A stretch of DNA of 64,000 nucleotides from Scenedesmus sp. PABB004 (Eukaryota), in contig JABVCE010000031.1 in NCBI GenBank assembly GCA_014905635.1, positions 124,001 through 188,000 of the forward strand, in the 5' to 3' direction. This document shows positions 47,801 through 60,068 of this stretch, in pieces. The notes beneath the pieces were generated by a model that saw nothing but the letters and a program-made list of their open reading frames with translations, had not been told where the DNA came from and made no database searches. The translations under genes and the position numbers were made by a program. The number at the start of each line of letters is the position of its first letter. Within the stretch, counting starts at the first letter, position 1.

Positions 47801-50800
47801 GGGGTCCACGAGCGGCGCCTGACGGCCGCGCCGCCGCGCCGCCGCGCCGCCGCGCCGCCGCGCCGCCGCGCCGCCGCGCAGGGGCGTGGGCGTCGAGGGC
47901 GCCGCGCCGGCGCTGCGGGGCATGTGGCCCCTGGTGTTCAGCAAGCACGAGCCGGTGCGGGCGCAGGTGCTGGACAGCTGGCACCTCAACCACATCGCCA
48001 ACCGCCCGCCCAAGGCGCAGGTGAGTGTGGGTTGAGAGTTTTGGGTTTTAGGGTGCCATGCACGCCCAGCTGCCGCCGGGGCGCTGACCGCGCCGCCGCC
48101 GCCGCCGCAGCTGGAGGAGCTGCTGCTTCGCGTCCTGCCGGGGCGGAGCCTCGCGGAGCTCACCGCGCTGGAGGCGATTGTGGCCGCGCTGGTCGCGCAG
48201 GGCCAGCTCGACGCGCGCACGCTGCTGCGCCTGGCGCTGCAAGACGCCTGCATCCACGCGACCGCGCTGCGCGAGCTGCGCGCTGCGCCGCCCGGCGACG
48301 CCATGGACGCCGACGGCGGCGCCGAGGCGGGCGCCGAGGCGGGCGGGGAGGCGCCCGAGGCGGCGCGGCGTGAGATGCTGCGCCACTGCTTCACGCTCCT
48401 CTCACTGCTCACCTCCGCGGCGCCGGCCGAGCTCGAGCAGCGCCACGTGGCGGTGCTGCTGGACACGGCCCTCGCGCCCGACCTGGCGGTGCGCGTGGCG
48501 CGGGGCGCGCCGTGCGATGCGCGCTGGCGCGCGGCCCCAGCGCGGCTCACGCCGCCTGCCCCGCCGCCGCTCCCGACAGGACGCCTGGGTGGCGCGCCAC
48601 GCGTGCCTCGCGCTGCGCTCCGCGGCGCACCACCTCGTGCCGAGCCATCCGCTCGCGCGCGCGGCCGCGGCGACCGCGCCGCGCGGCGGCGGCGCGGCGC
48701 CGCCGCGCGGCGACGGCGGCGGCGCGCTCGACGACGCGTCGCTCGCGGCGGTGTTGGCGGCGCTCGCGCGGCTGTTGCTCGCGCCGCCGCCGCCGGCGCT
48801 CGCGCCCAACTGGCCCTCCGCGGCCGAGGCGGCGCTGGCCGCGCTCTACGCCCTCGCGCCGCAGCCCACCGAGCTCGCGGCCGCGGTGCTGGAGGAGCTG
48901 TTCGCGCGCGCGGCGCCCGCGGCGGGCGGCGAGCCCGAGTTTTGCGGCGCCTCAGCCGCCGTGCTGGGGCGCTTCTTTTTCGTGCTCGGCCGCACCGCGC
49001 TGCAGCAGCTGCTGGCGATCGAGTCGCTCGGCAAGGCGGTGCGCGCCGTGCGCGGCGCGCGCGACCGCGCCGCGGCCGAGGCGGCCGAGCGCGCGGCCGA
49101 GGCGTCCGCGGTCGGCGGCGGCGCGCGGCGCGGCGGCCGCGGCGCGGCGGCCTCGGCCGCGGCGGCCGCCGAGAGCGACGACATCGGCTCGCAGCTGGGC
49201 GTCGGCTCCGTGGCGGCGGACGCCGAGCTGGACGCGCTCGTGGAGGCGGTGGAGGCGCAGGCGCGCCGCGCGCCGCGCGCCGCCGCCTGGCGCCCATCGC
49301 CTCGCCCCGGCCCGCGGCGGCGAGCGCGCCCCCCGCGCCGCGCTCACCCCGCGCCGCCGCCCGCCCGGCGGCGGCCCCGCCGCAGGTGCTCGCGCGCGAG
49401 TCGCTGCTGGGGCGGCACGGCGCGTTGCTGAGCCGGCTGTGCCACCTCAAGGCCCTGCTCGGCGCGCCGGCGGGGCTGCAGGCGTCCGCGCTGCTCGCGC
49501 TGACTCAGCTCATGGCCGTCGACGGGGCCTTCTGCGCAGACAACGTCGCCCTGCTCTTCACGCTGCTCGTGCGGCGGTGCGTGTCCGGGGGCTGGTGCGG
49601 GCGTGTGGGTGTGTGCTGGGAGGCGGGGAACAGGGCGGCGCCGCGGCGCGCCCCGCCTGCGCCCAGCCCCGCCCGCGCGCCGCGCCGCGGCGGCAGGCAC
49701 GTGGCGGCCGAGGTGCGCGTCAACGCGGTCGTCGCGCTCGCCGACCTCGCGAGCCGCTGGCCAAACGTGCTGGAGCAGTGGACCGCCTGCATGTACGAGC
49801 CGCTCTCAGGTGACCCGGTGCACGAGCAGGCAGCAGGGGGAGGAAGCCAGGGGCTCCCTCTCGGGCTGCGTGCCCCGCGCTGCGCGTGCACGGGCGCTCC
49901 GCCGCACGGCCACGCACGAGCTGAGCTCGCGCCCACGGCCGCCGCGCAGACCCCGAGCCCGCCGTCAAGCTCGCCGCGCTGGGCAGCCTGACGCACCTCG
50001 TGCTGGGTGGCATGGTCAAGGCCAAGGGCAACGTCGCCAAGGTGGCGCTGCTGCTTGTCGACGACGACCAGGGTGGGTGTGGGCGGTGGGTGGGTGGGTG
50101 GGTGGGTGGGTGGGTGGGTGGGTGGGTGGGTGGGTGGGTGGGGCCGACGGGCCGGCCAGCAAGAGCTGCAGCTGGGCGGGGGCTCCGCGGCAGACGCGGC
50201 CCTCTCTGGCGGGCGCTGCGCTGTTGATGCCTCCCCCAACATACACTCACCCACACACGCGCGCGCTCACCGCCGACCAACCGCCCAACCGCCCGTCCCC
50301 CGACCGCCAGACGTGGTCGACCGCGCCGTGCTGTTCTTCGAAGCCCTGGCCAAAACGGGCACCGGCCCCGCGCGCGGCGGCGGCGGCAGCACGGCCGCGG
50401 GCGGCAGCGCCGCAAACCCGGTGTACAACCTGCTCCCCGACTGCCTCAGCGCGCTGCTGCGCGAGGAGGGGCTGCGCGCAGAGCAGGGCCAGGCGATCAT
50501 GCGCACGCTGCTGGCGTATGTGCAGGTGCGGGCGCGGGCCGCGCGCGCGCTGCAGCGGGGGGCTCGCGGGGCGGCGCAGTGCGCGCGGCCGTGGACGCCG
50601 CTCGCGCACGCACGCGCCCCGCGCCGCGCCGCCCGTGCGCCGCGCGACAGGACAAGCAGGCGGAGGCGCTGCGCGAGCGGCTCGTCGCGCGCCTGTGCGG
50701 CGGCGGGCCGTGCGAGTGGCGGCTGGTCGCGTGGTGCATCGGGCAGCTGCCCTACAGCGAGAGGGGGCTGCGCCGCGTCATCGAGCTCACGCCGACCTTC

Positions 50801-51979
50801 CGCCACGCGCTCGGCGAGCCCGCGGTGCGCGCTGCTGGCCGCCTCGCGCGCCCGCGCGCACGGGGCTCGCGCCCTGCGCCCGGCCGGGCGGCGGCGGCGG
50901 AGGCCGCGCGCTCTCGCGCAAGAGCACACGGCACACGCGCCAGCTCAGCCAGCTCTTGGTTGCTCCTGCGCTGACACTGCGGGACACTCTGCCGCCGCCG
51001 CCGCCGCCAGGTGTTTGACGTGTTCATGGCCCTTGCTGACAAGGGCCGCCGCGCCGCCGGCGGCGCAAAGGCGGCAGCGAGCGGCGGCGCCGACGCCGGC
51101 GGCGGCGCGGCGCCCGGCGGCGCCGGCGAGCTGCGCGCCGCGGTGGAGGACTGGGCGGCCGACCTGGCGGCGAGCAGGGAGGCGGCGCTGGAGGCCGCCG
51201 AGGTGGAGGCGACCGCGGCCGCGGCGGCGGCGCGCGAGGCGGCGGCGGGCGCGCAGGACGGCGCCGCCGCGATGGACGCGGACGCGGCGACGGAGCGCGG
51301 GGAGCGGGGCGGCCAGCTGCTGGCCGACGAGCCGCGCGAGGCGGGCACGCCGGGCGAGCCGCCTGGCGAGCCGCGCGAGCAGCCGGGCGAGCCGCTGGGC
51401 GAGCTGCCGGGCGCGGCCGCTGTGGGCGGCGGCGAGGCGATCGCGCTCATGCGGTCGCAGGAGGTGGCAGACCTGGACGAGGACCCGCCGGAGGCGGCCG
51501 ACGCGGCGGCCGCGCGGCAGACGCGGGCGCAGCTCGTCGCGGACCTGCAGCGCCTCAGCCTCGCCGGCGGCGGCGCCGGCGCGCGGGCCGGCGCGCGCGG
51601 CGCGGCCGGCGGCGCCAAGCGCGGCGGCGCCCGCGGCGGCGGCGCGGCGGGCAAGGCCGCGGCCCGGCCGGGGCGCGCCGCGGCGGCAGGCAGGCGCGCC
51701 GCGGCGGCTGAGGACGAGGAGGACAGCAGCGACGGCGCCGCGAGCGACAGCGAGTCTGGAGCCAGCGACGACGACGACGGCGGGGGCTCCGACGACCAGG
51801 CGCCGTCTGCGGCCAGGCCGCCGCGCGGCGCCGGCCGCACCTCGGCGGGAGCCGATGGCGCAGGGGCCAAGGCGGCGGGCCGGCGCACCAGCGCGCGCCG
51901 CGCGAGCGCTCGCGCCTCGGCCGGCGGCGGCGGCGGCGGCGGCGGCGGGCGGCGGCGTGGGGCAGCGCTTCGGCTTTGA
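44838..51979 (+). CDS. CAP-D2: Condensin I HEAT subunit CAP-D2 (Cnd1/Ycs4)
   Basis: RVLDK|NAYVRQKALQTW, GRLEDESQLVVKAALQLL, MWPLVFSK, and Cnd1-domain-like VRVNAVVALADLASRWPNVLEQWT, LTHLVLGGMVKAKG, LFFEALAK, NPVYNLLPD; acidic/basic tail. Confidence 0.88.
50086..50140. repeat. (GGGT)n microsatellite, intronic, with G-quadruplex potential
   Basis: About 13 GGGT units. Confidence 0.9.
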
Positions 51980-52095
51980 CAGCGAGGACGACGATTGAGC
52001 CGGAGCGGTTGGCAGTCGTTGCGGAGCGGGGACTGGGGCGCGGGGCGATGCAGTCCTGTGAGCAGACGGCGCCCTGGACCGCGCGACAGCCTCGC

Positions 52096-52100
52096 TTACA
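52096..52100 (-). terminator. TGTAA poly(A) signal of SCC3
   Basis: ttaca ~210 nt past the stop at 52310. Confidence 0.65.
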
Positions 52101-52309
52101 CGCAGGCACGCTGGGCAGCGCTGCGGCCGGCCGCGTGCGCCGCGGGGACCGCGGCGGCGACCCCGGCGCCGCACGCCTTGCCCTTATGAACACCGATGCG
52201 CCCCCCCCCCCCCCGTCACATGGCTCGTCCTGCAGCGCCCCCGTCTGCCCCCGCCCCCTCCGCCCGTCACCCACCCCCGCGCACGCCGCGCGCCTCGCAC
52301 CGCGCGCGC

Positions 52310-55300
52310 TCAGCGGCGGCGCCGCCCGCCGCCGGCGCGGCGCGCCACGACCGGCTCCTCCACCTCCTCGCCCTCCTCCTCGTCCAGCTCGTCCTCCAGC
52401 ACCACCTGCAGGCTCGGCAGCGGCTCGCTGTACTGCGACTGCAGCCCGCCGCCAAAGCCGGCGCCCGGCGCCTCGTCGTCGTCGTCGCTGCCGGCGCCCG
52501 CGCACGCCAGGCGCGCGCCGCGCTGCCCCTGCTGCTGCTGCTGCTCCTCCTCCTCCTCCTCCTCCTCCTCGTCCTCCTCCTCCTCCTCCTCGCTGCTGCC
52601 GGGCGGCGGCGGCGGCGCGGCAGCGGCGGCCGCGCCGCGCCGGCCGGCGGCGGGCCGGCCGCGCCCGCGCCCCGCGGGCGGCGCCGCCTCGGCGCGCGGC
52701 AGGCGCCCGCCGTGCTGCTGGCTCGCGAGCTCTAGCCCGCTGCCGAAGCCGCCCTGCTCGTCGCCCTGCTCGTCACCCTCGTCCTCGGACGAGGCCGCCG
52801 CCGCCTGGCGCGCGGCCGCGGCGCCGCGCCGGCCGCGCCCGCTCGCGCCCGCCGCCTGCTCGCTGCCGCGGCCCCCCTCGCTCTGCTGGCTCTGCGTCGT
52901 CAGCGGCCCCGCGTCGTCGATCAGCGCCAGCGCCGCACGCAGCGGCGACACGCCCTTGGCGCCGCCCTTGGCGCCGCCCTTGGCCCCGCGGCGCGGATGC
53001 GCGCGCATGGCGGCGAGCGTGCGCGCGTCGTCGGCGTCCAGCTCGTCGATCGGCTCGTCATCGCCCGACGCGATCGGGTCCTCCTCCTCCTCGCTGCTCG
53101 GCGGCAGCGCGTCCTCCGGCGCGACCGCCGGCCTGCCCCGCGCGCGCGCGGGGCGCTTGGCCGCCGCCGGCCGCGCGGGCGACGCGCCGCCGCGCGCCGC
53201 GGCCGCGGCGGCGCGCACGCCGCGCTTGCTGCGCCAGCCGCCGCCGTCGGGCGCGTCGCCGGGCGCCGCGTCCCACTCGTCGTCGGCGTCGTCGTCGGCC
53301 GGCGCGGCGCGGCGCCTGCGCTTGGCGCCGGCGCCGCCGCCGCCGCCGCCGCCGCCGGCGTCGCCGCCGTCCAGCTCCATGTCGTCAGCAAACTTGATGC
53401 GCGCCGGCCGCGCGGCGCGCTTCTTCTTGCCGGCGCTGCCGCCGGCCGCGCCGGGGCTGGCCGCGGCGGCGGGCGTCTTGAGCACGCCGCGCGTGCCGCG
53501 CTTGCCCGCCGCGCGGTCCTGCAGGGCGTGCAGGTACGCCTGCGCCGCCTCGAGCGCGTCGGGCGCGTCCTGCAGCTCCGCGTGCGCGGCGCCGCCCTCC
53601 TCCAGCTGCTCCGCGAGGCCGCGCGCGATGCGCTCCGCCTCGGGCGGCGAGAGCTTGGCAGTGAAAGGCCCCAGGCACGTCGGCAGGAAGTCGGCGCGCA
53701 GCGCCGGCGCGTCGAGCGCCCACGCGACGCCGCCGCTCACGAGCGCGCGCAGCGGGCCCTGGCTCAGGTTGATACCTGCCGGGCGGCTCGGCGGGCGGTG
53801 CCGGCGGGTGTCGGCGGCGGCGTGCGGGCGGCGCGCGGCGGGGCGGCGCGGCGGCCCCGGGGCCCGCGGCTGCGCAGCCCCGCGGCGTGCGGCACGGCGC
53901 GGCCCCGCACCCGTGTAGAGCGCGGCAACCTTGCCGGACACCGCCGCGAGGGCGCGCCACGCCTCGTCGCCGCCGTCCTCCGCCTCCTCCACCGCGTCCT
54001 CGTACAGCGCCGTCAGCGCGCCGAGCAGCGCGTCGGGCATGCCCGCCGGGTCGGCGGAGCGCAGCGCGGTCAGCACGTCGCGCGCGGCGCCGGCGACCTG
54101 CGCGCGCGCACGTGGGCGCGCGGCGGCGGCGCGGGGTGAGCGATTCTGAGCGCGGGCCGCCCGCCCCTCGCTCGGCCGGGCGCGCGGCAGCCGGTTGGGT
54201 GTGCGCCGCCGGCGCAGCGGCGCCGCCCACCTGCGCGCCGTGGCTGTCCAGCAGGCTCACCACCCTCGCCAGCAGCCAGGCGTGCGACGGTTCGGGCAGC
54301 GCAGCGAGGCAGAGCAGGCGGCCGAGCGCCTGCACCGCGGCGACGCGCATGCGCGCCAGCGACAGCGCCGCCGCCATCAGCGCGCCGTGCTTCGCGTCGC
54401 GGCGGGCGGCGCGCGCCGCGGCGGCGCCTGCGCGCGCCGCGACGGCGGCGGCGCCTGGTCAGCTGCCGGTGCGGCGCGGCAGAGCGGGGCACGCGCCGGT
54501 GCACGCGCGCGCCCGCCGCCGCGCACTCACTCTGCTCGTCCCAGCCGTCCATGTCCTCGTCGCCGCCGTCCTCGCCGTCCGAGGCGCTGTCGCCGTCCGC
54601 GAGCTCGTCCTGCAGGTCGGGGCCCTCCGCCTCGAGCAGCGCGACGCAGTGCCGCCACATCCTGGGCGCGGCGCGGGGCGCGTGGCGCGCTGCGTGTGAG
54701 GCCCTGGGGGCACGTGGCGCGTGGCGCAGCGCGCTCGCCGGGCAGGGCGCGGCTGCCGCGGCGGGCGCAGCAGCGCGTCGCGTCGCTGCGCGGCGCGCAC
54801 TTGGCGACGAGCGCGTGCGAGGGCGCGAGCCGCGCCGCGAGCGGCGCGGCGTCGCCGCCGGCCGCCGCGACCGCGGCGGGCAGGCTGGCGTCGAGGGCCA
54901 GCAGGTCGGCGAGGCGCCCAAACGCAAAGCCCGCCAGCGACTCCACGCCCGCGCCGACCTGCGCGACGAGGCCCGGCGGCGCGGCGCGGCCGCCGGGGCC
55001 GCCGCAGCCGAGCAGGGCCTCGGGGCTCGCGAGCAGCTCGGACGCGCCCGACTCCAGCAGGCCCTCCAGCACCTTGGCCAGCGCGGCGCGCGCGGACAGG
55101 TATGCCTCCAGCGACGCGCCGGGGCTCGCGCGCGCCGCGGCGAGCTGCCACCACACGCACAGCGCGGCGACGTGCACCAGCAGCACGGTGAGCTCCGGCC
55201 CGAGCTCGCGGCCCTGCAGCGCCGCGGCCAGCAGCGCCATGCACGCCTTGGCCAGCTGCCGGTCGCGCGCGAGCGAGTCGGCGCCGGCGGCGAGCAGCGC

Positions 55301-58300
55301 GTGGCAGCGCCGCGCCGCGCCGGCGAGGCTGAGCAGCGCGTCGGGCGCGTCGGCGGGGCTGGCCACAAGGTCGGCCACGCCCTCGGCCAGCTGCTGCGAC
55401 CGCAGCCTGGCCACCGCGCCCGCGGCCGACGCAAACTTGGCGGCCGCGGTCACCGCGGCCGCCGCCAGCACCTGCGCACCGACCTCCTGCGCGGCCGCGC
55501 GCGCGCGAGGGAGAGGCAGCGGCCGGACGGAAGGGGAGGGGAGGGGGTAGGGGTCAGCACGTGCGCCGGGCGCGTGCAGCCCGCCCGCGGCGGCGCGACG
55601 TGCGGCCGCGAGCCGCACCTGCAGCGCGGCAGGCCCCGCCGACGCGGCGTGGACGAGCGTGCCGGCGCCCTCCTGCAGCAGCTCCTGCTGGCTGTGGCGC
55701 TGCAGCAGGCCGTCGACCTGTGGGCGCCGCGCGGCAGGGGCGGCAGGCAGCGTGAGCCCTGCGCGCCGGCGCGCGCTGGCAAGGGCGCGGCGCGCCGCCG
55801 CACCTGCCCCAGCAGCGCCCTGTACGCGTCCGCCTGGCCGCGCAGGCTGTACAGCTCGAGGCGCAGCAGGCGCGGCAGCGCCAGCAGCGGCGCGGCCTGG
55901 CGGCGGCGCGGCGCGGCAGCGCCGCGCGGCGTCAGCGCCGGCGGGCGGCCGCGCGCACGCAGCGCCGCCAGCGGCGCGGGAGCGAGGCAATGGGGGTGGG
56001 CCGCCCGCTGGCCCCTGCGCACGCAGCCAGCAGCGCGGGCGACGCACCACCTGGGGCTCTGACTGGAAGCGCGTGAGCAGCCCCGGCAGGCGCTGCATAA
56101 GCGCAACCGTGACCTCCTGCTGCGCCTCCTCGTCCAGCGCGGCAGCAGCCGCGCCGCCGCCCTCGGCCGCCGCCGCGGGCGCGGACGCGGCCTTGCGCCC
56201 CAGGCGCGCGCGCCGCGCCGCCGCGGGCGGGTGCACCGCGCGGTGCGCCGCCGCCGCGAGCAGCGCCGCGAGGTGCGCGCTGCCGAGCGGGCCGCGCAGC
56301 TCCGCGCCGGCCTCGTCCGCGAGCGCGTCGGCCAGGCCCGCCGCGTCGGCGAGCGTGTGGGGGAGGTGCTCCCACAGGGCGTCCACCAGGTTGGCCACGG
56401 TGCAGCCGTCCAGCACGGGCAGCGGCGCGCCCGCCTCGCCGCCGCGCGCGTCGTCGCCCGCGCCCGCCTCGCCGCCCAGGCTCACGCGGTGGTGGTGCCC
56501 CGCCGCGGCGGCGTCCTGCGCGGCGGGGCGCGCGCGGCGGGCGGGCGCGCGCTCGCGCGGGGCCACGCGGCGCCGGCGCGGGCGCGGGCGGACGCGCTCG
56601 GCGGCGGGGTTAGGGGCCCACCCACCTGCGGGGCGGCCAGGCGCGCCATGACGGCCAGCAGCCCCGCGAGCGCCAGCTGGCGCGGCTCCTCGAGCGCCGC
56701 CTCGGCGGCAGCGGCGGCCGCCGCCGACGCCGCGGCCGCGCCGCCGCCGTCGGCGCCGCTGCCGCGCTTGGCGCCGCCGCGCCCGCCCTTGGCCTTGGGC
56801 TTGGCGGCGGGCCGCGCCGCGCCGTCGGCGGCCTGCGCGTGTGCGTGAACGGGCGGGCGGCGCGGCGTGAGCCGGTGCGCCGGAGCGCGTGGGCGGCGGC
56901 AGCGGGCGCCGCGCGCCGGCGGCCGCGCCTGCAGGCGCTCCGCCGCCGCGGTGAGCGCGGCCCTGCCCTGCTCCTCCAGCAGCTGCACCACCAGCTCCGC
57001 CGCCGCGTGGCGCAGCGCGGGGCTCGTCGTGCCGAGGAGGCCAAACACGCCGTCCACGTCCTGCCGAGGCGCGCGGTCGCGGCGCGCGGGAGTCGAGGCC
57101 TTGCGTGCGTGGGGCAGCGCAGCCAGGCGCATCAGCCACACCCGCGCAGCGCGCACAGCGCGCGCACCTTGTGGCCCAGCGCCTTGTTTCGCACGAGCAG
57201 CGCGAGCAGGTGCAGGCCCGCGACCGCGACGCCCTCGTCCCGGTCAGCCATTAGCTCAACGAAGCGCGCCGCGAAGCGCAGCGTGAAGTCGTGCAGGCGC
57301 GGCACGTTGTCGCTGCGGGTGCGGGTGCGGGTGCGGCGGCGGCGGCGAGACGGGCGAGGGAGGGCGCGCGGCGGCGGCAGCGGATGCGGCGGGGCGGGAG
57401 GGCGTCGGTGGCATGCGGCCAGCACGCGGCGGCGGCGCGCAGCCCCGCCCTCGCCCCGCCCCGCCCGCCCCGCGCGGCCGCGGGCGCGCCTGGCGTCGTA
57501 GAGCCGCGCGAGCGCGGCGACCGCGGCGCCGCGCACGGGCGGCTCGGCGTCGCTGAGCGCCCAGGCGAGGTACTTGAGGTGCGAGTCGCCGAGGAACTCG
57601 GCCGGCAGCGCCGCGATCCAGCCGCCGATCGACTCGACCACGATCGACCGAATCTCGGCGCTCACGTCCCTGCGGGCGGCGCGGGCGCGTGCGCGTTGAT
57701 GCGCGGCGGTGCGCGGAGGCGGCCCCGGAGGACGAGCACAGACACGCGCGCACGCACAGACGCGCGCGCGCGCCTGAAGCGGTGGCTGAACACGCCCGTG
57801 AAGGTGACGGCCCTGAAGTTGCGCAGGTCCTCGACGCGCGCGTGCATGCGCTCGAGGTTGCGCTTCAGCGACCCCACGACCTCGCGCGACGGCTGCGCGG
57901 CGCGCGGCGCGCGGCCGCGGCGGCGGCGGCGGCGGCGGCGGAGGTGGCGGCACGCGCGGCAGTGGGCACGGCGGCAGCGGTGTGCGGGTGCAGCGGTGTG
58001 CGGGCGCAGCGCGGCACGCGTAGAGCAGCAGCGTGCACAGCACACAGCGCGCACAGCGCGCACAGCGCACACCTTCTTCTTGCCCTCCTCCTGCTCCAGC
58101 TGCTCGCGCGTGATCTCTCGGCTCTCCGCCAGGCCCGCGCTGATGGTGATCCAGCTGCTGATCAGCTGCGCCGCCGTGTGCGTCGCGGCGAGGCGGAACG
58201 AGCGCACGACCGAGCTGCGCGGCGCGGCGGCGCGGCCGGAGGCGCGTGGGGCGCGGCGCGGCCGCGCCCGCCGTCGCCAGCCCGCGCCGCGGCGCCGCCC

Positions 58301-59805
58301 CTGGCGTCCGCGCCCTCCCGCGCGCGCGCTCCCGCGCCGCGTGCTCACATGCTGAGCGCGGTGACGAGGCGCGTGAGCTTGTCGTTGAGCTCAAAGTCGT
58401 CAAACAGCAGCTCCCCCGCCGCGAGGCCGCGCAGCGCGCCGTCCCAGAAGCGCCGATACGAGGCCGCAAAGCCCCGCCCCGCGCGGCCGCCGTGGAACGC
58501 GTCGGCGCCGCCCTCCTGCGAGCGAGCACAGGGAAAGGCAGCGGGGGGAGCGGAGGGTGCATGAGCGCGGCGCCTGCCGCCGGGCGGCCGGGCCGGGGCG
58601 GCGCCGCCGCGCAAGCAAACGCGGCGCGGCGCGGCGCGGTGCGAGCGCTCGCCTCGATCACGGTCTGGCTGAGCCGCGCCGCGAGCTGGTCCACCTCCCC
58701 CGCCTCCACGTCCGCCTCGCTCAGCTCCACCACGCAGCCCGCGGCCTGGCAGAAAGGAGGCGTGGGCGGGGGAGCAGGGCGGTGCGGAGGCGCGGCGTGT
58801 GCGCCGGTGGCACCGCAGCCGCGCCGCAGCCAGCCCCGCCGCCGTCAGCAGCCCCAGCCCGCCGCTGCAGGTCGCCGCCGCCGCGGCCCGTCGGCGCCGC
58901 ACCTGCACCAGCAGCGTCATCAGCTCCGCCGCCGCCGCGCCGCGGTTGGCGCGGTAGCGCGCGACCCACTCCTGCGAGGCGCGCGGCAGCAGCGCGCGCA
59001 GCGGGCGTGGGGCGCCGTCGGCGCGCTGCCCGCCGGCGCAAGCCTACAGCGCGCCGCCGCCGCCGCTGCCCCAGGCGCTGCCCCCGGGCTTCGCGGCGCG
59101 CGCGCGCACCTGCACCGCCTTGTCAATGGCGCCGCTGTGCTTGGCAACGATCTCTGCCGCGCGGCGGCGGCGGCGGCGGCGTGCGTGGGTGAGCAGCGCG
59201 CCGCTGCCGCTCGCCCCGCTGCCGGCCCGCGGGCGCGCGGGAGCGTCCTCCCGCCGCAGCCCCCTGCCCTGGCTGCCGCCCGTCGCTGCTGTCACTGCCG
59301 CGGCTGCCGCTGCTGCCGCCGCTGGCGCCGCGGCCGCGCGCGCGGCGCCCCAACCGCCGCAACCGACCGATGAGCTCCAGGCCGTGCAGGTCGGCCTTGG
59401 CGCCCGCCGTGGCCTGCCGCTTGCGCGCCGGCGCGGCGGCGTTGGGGTCTGCGTTCTGCGCGCCCCGCGCCTGCGGCGGCGGCGCGGCGGCGGCATCAGC
59501 CGCATGCGCGTCCGCGGCCCCAGCGCGCGCAGCAGCAGCGGCGGCGGGCGCCGAAGTCGGCGCGCGCACGCCCGCGCGCGCGCGCGCCTTGCGCTTGGCG
59601 CCGCCGGCGGGGGCCTTCTTCACGTCGTCGTCGGAGTCGTCGTCCCAGGAGTCCTCCCTGCGCGGGGTGAGGCCCGGTGGGTCGGCCTGCTGCTGCCCGC
59701 GCACAGCCCCGCTGCGGGGCGCCCCGGCACGCACGGGTCCTCCGCCAGGCTCTTGTGCGCCGCGGACGCCGCGCGCGAGGCGCGGCGGGCCGTGGCGGCC
59801 ACCAT
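52310..59805 (-). CDS. SCC3: Cohesin subunit SCC3/STAG (stromalin)
   Basis: STAG-like VRSFRLAATHTA and the SCD-like FTGVFSHRFR|DVSAEIRSIVVESIGGWIAALPAEFLGDSHLKYLAWALSDAEPPVR...LARLY; FTLRFAARFVELMADRD; acidic tail. Confidence 0.92.
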
Positions 59806-60068
59806 GGCGCTCGGCAGCAGCAGATGGCGCGCGCTCGCGCTCGCAGCGCGCCCGCGCGTCTCGAGGGCTGTGCGTCCGTCTGGACCTGTGGAACTGCCCT
59901 CGCCGCGTGTGGCGGGACGCCGCGGGCGGCGTAGGACGGCGCCGGCGGCGCGACGGCGTGCGGTTCAACGATTCGAGCGCGCGCGCGGCGAGCGCCGCGC
60001 CCCTTGCTCGCCGGCGGCGCACACAATCCCGCCGCCGGCCTCAGCAGGGCGCATCACCAGTTGCCACG
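59806..60068. promoter_or_regulatory. Short divergent intergenic region between SCC3 and the kinesin
   Basis: Only 263 bp between the two predicted ATGs. Confidence 0.5.

Noticed and set aside
48035..48055. Telomere-like TTTTAGGG (similar bits near 21020-21310)
   Set aside because: Isolated degenerate intronic motifs, not an array.
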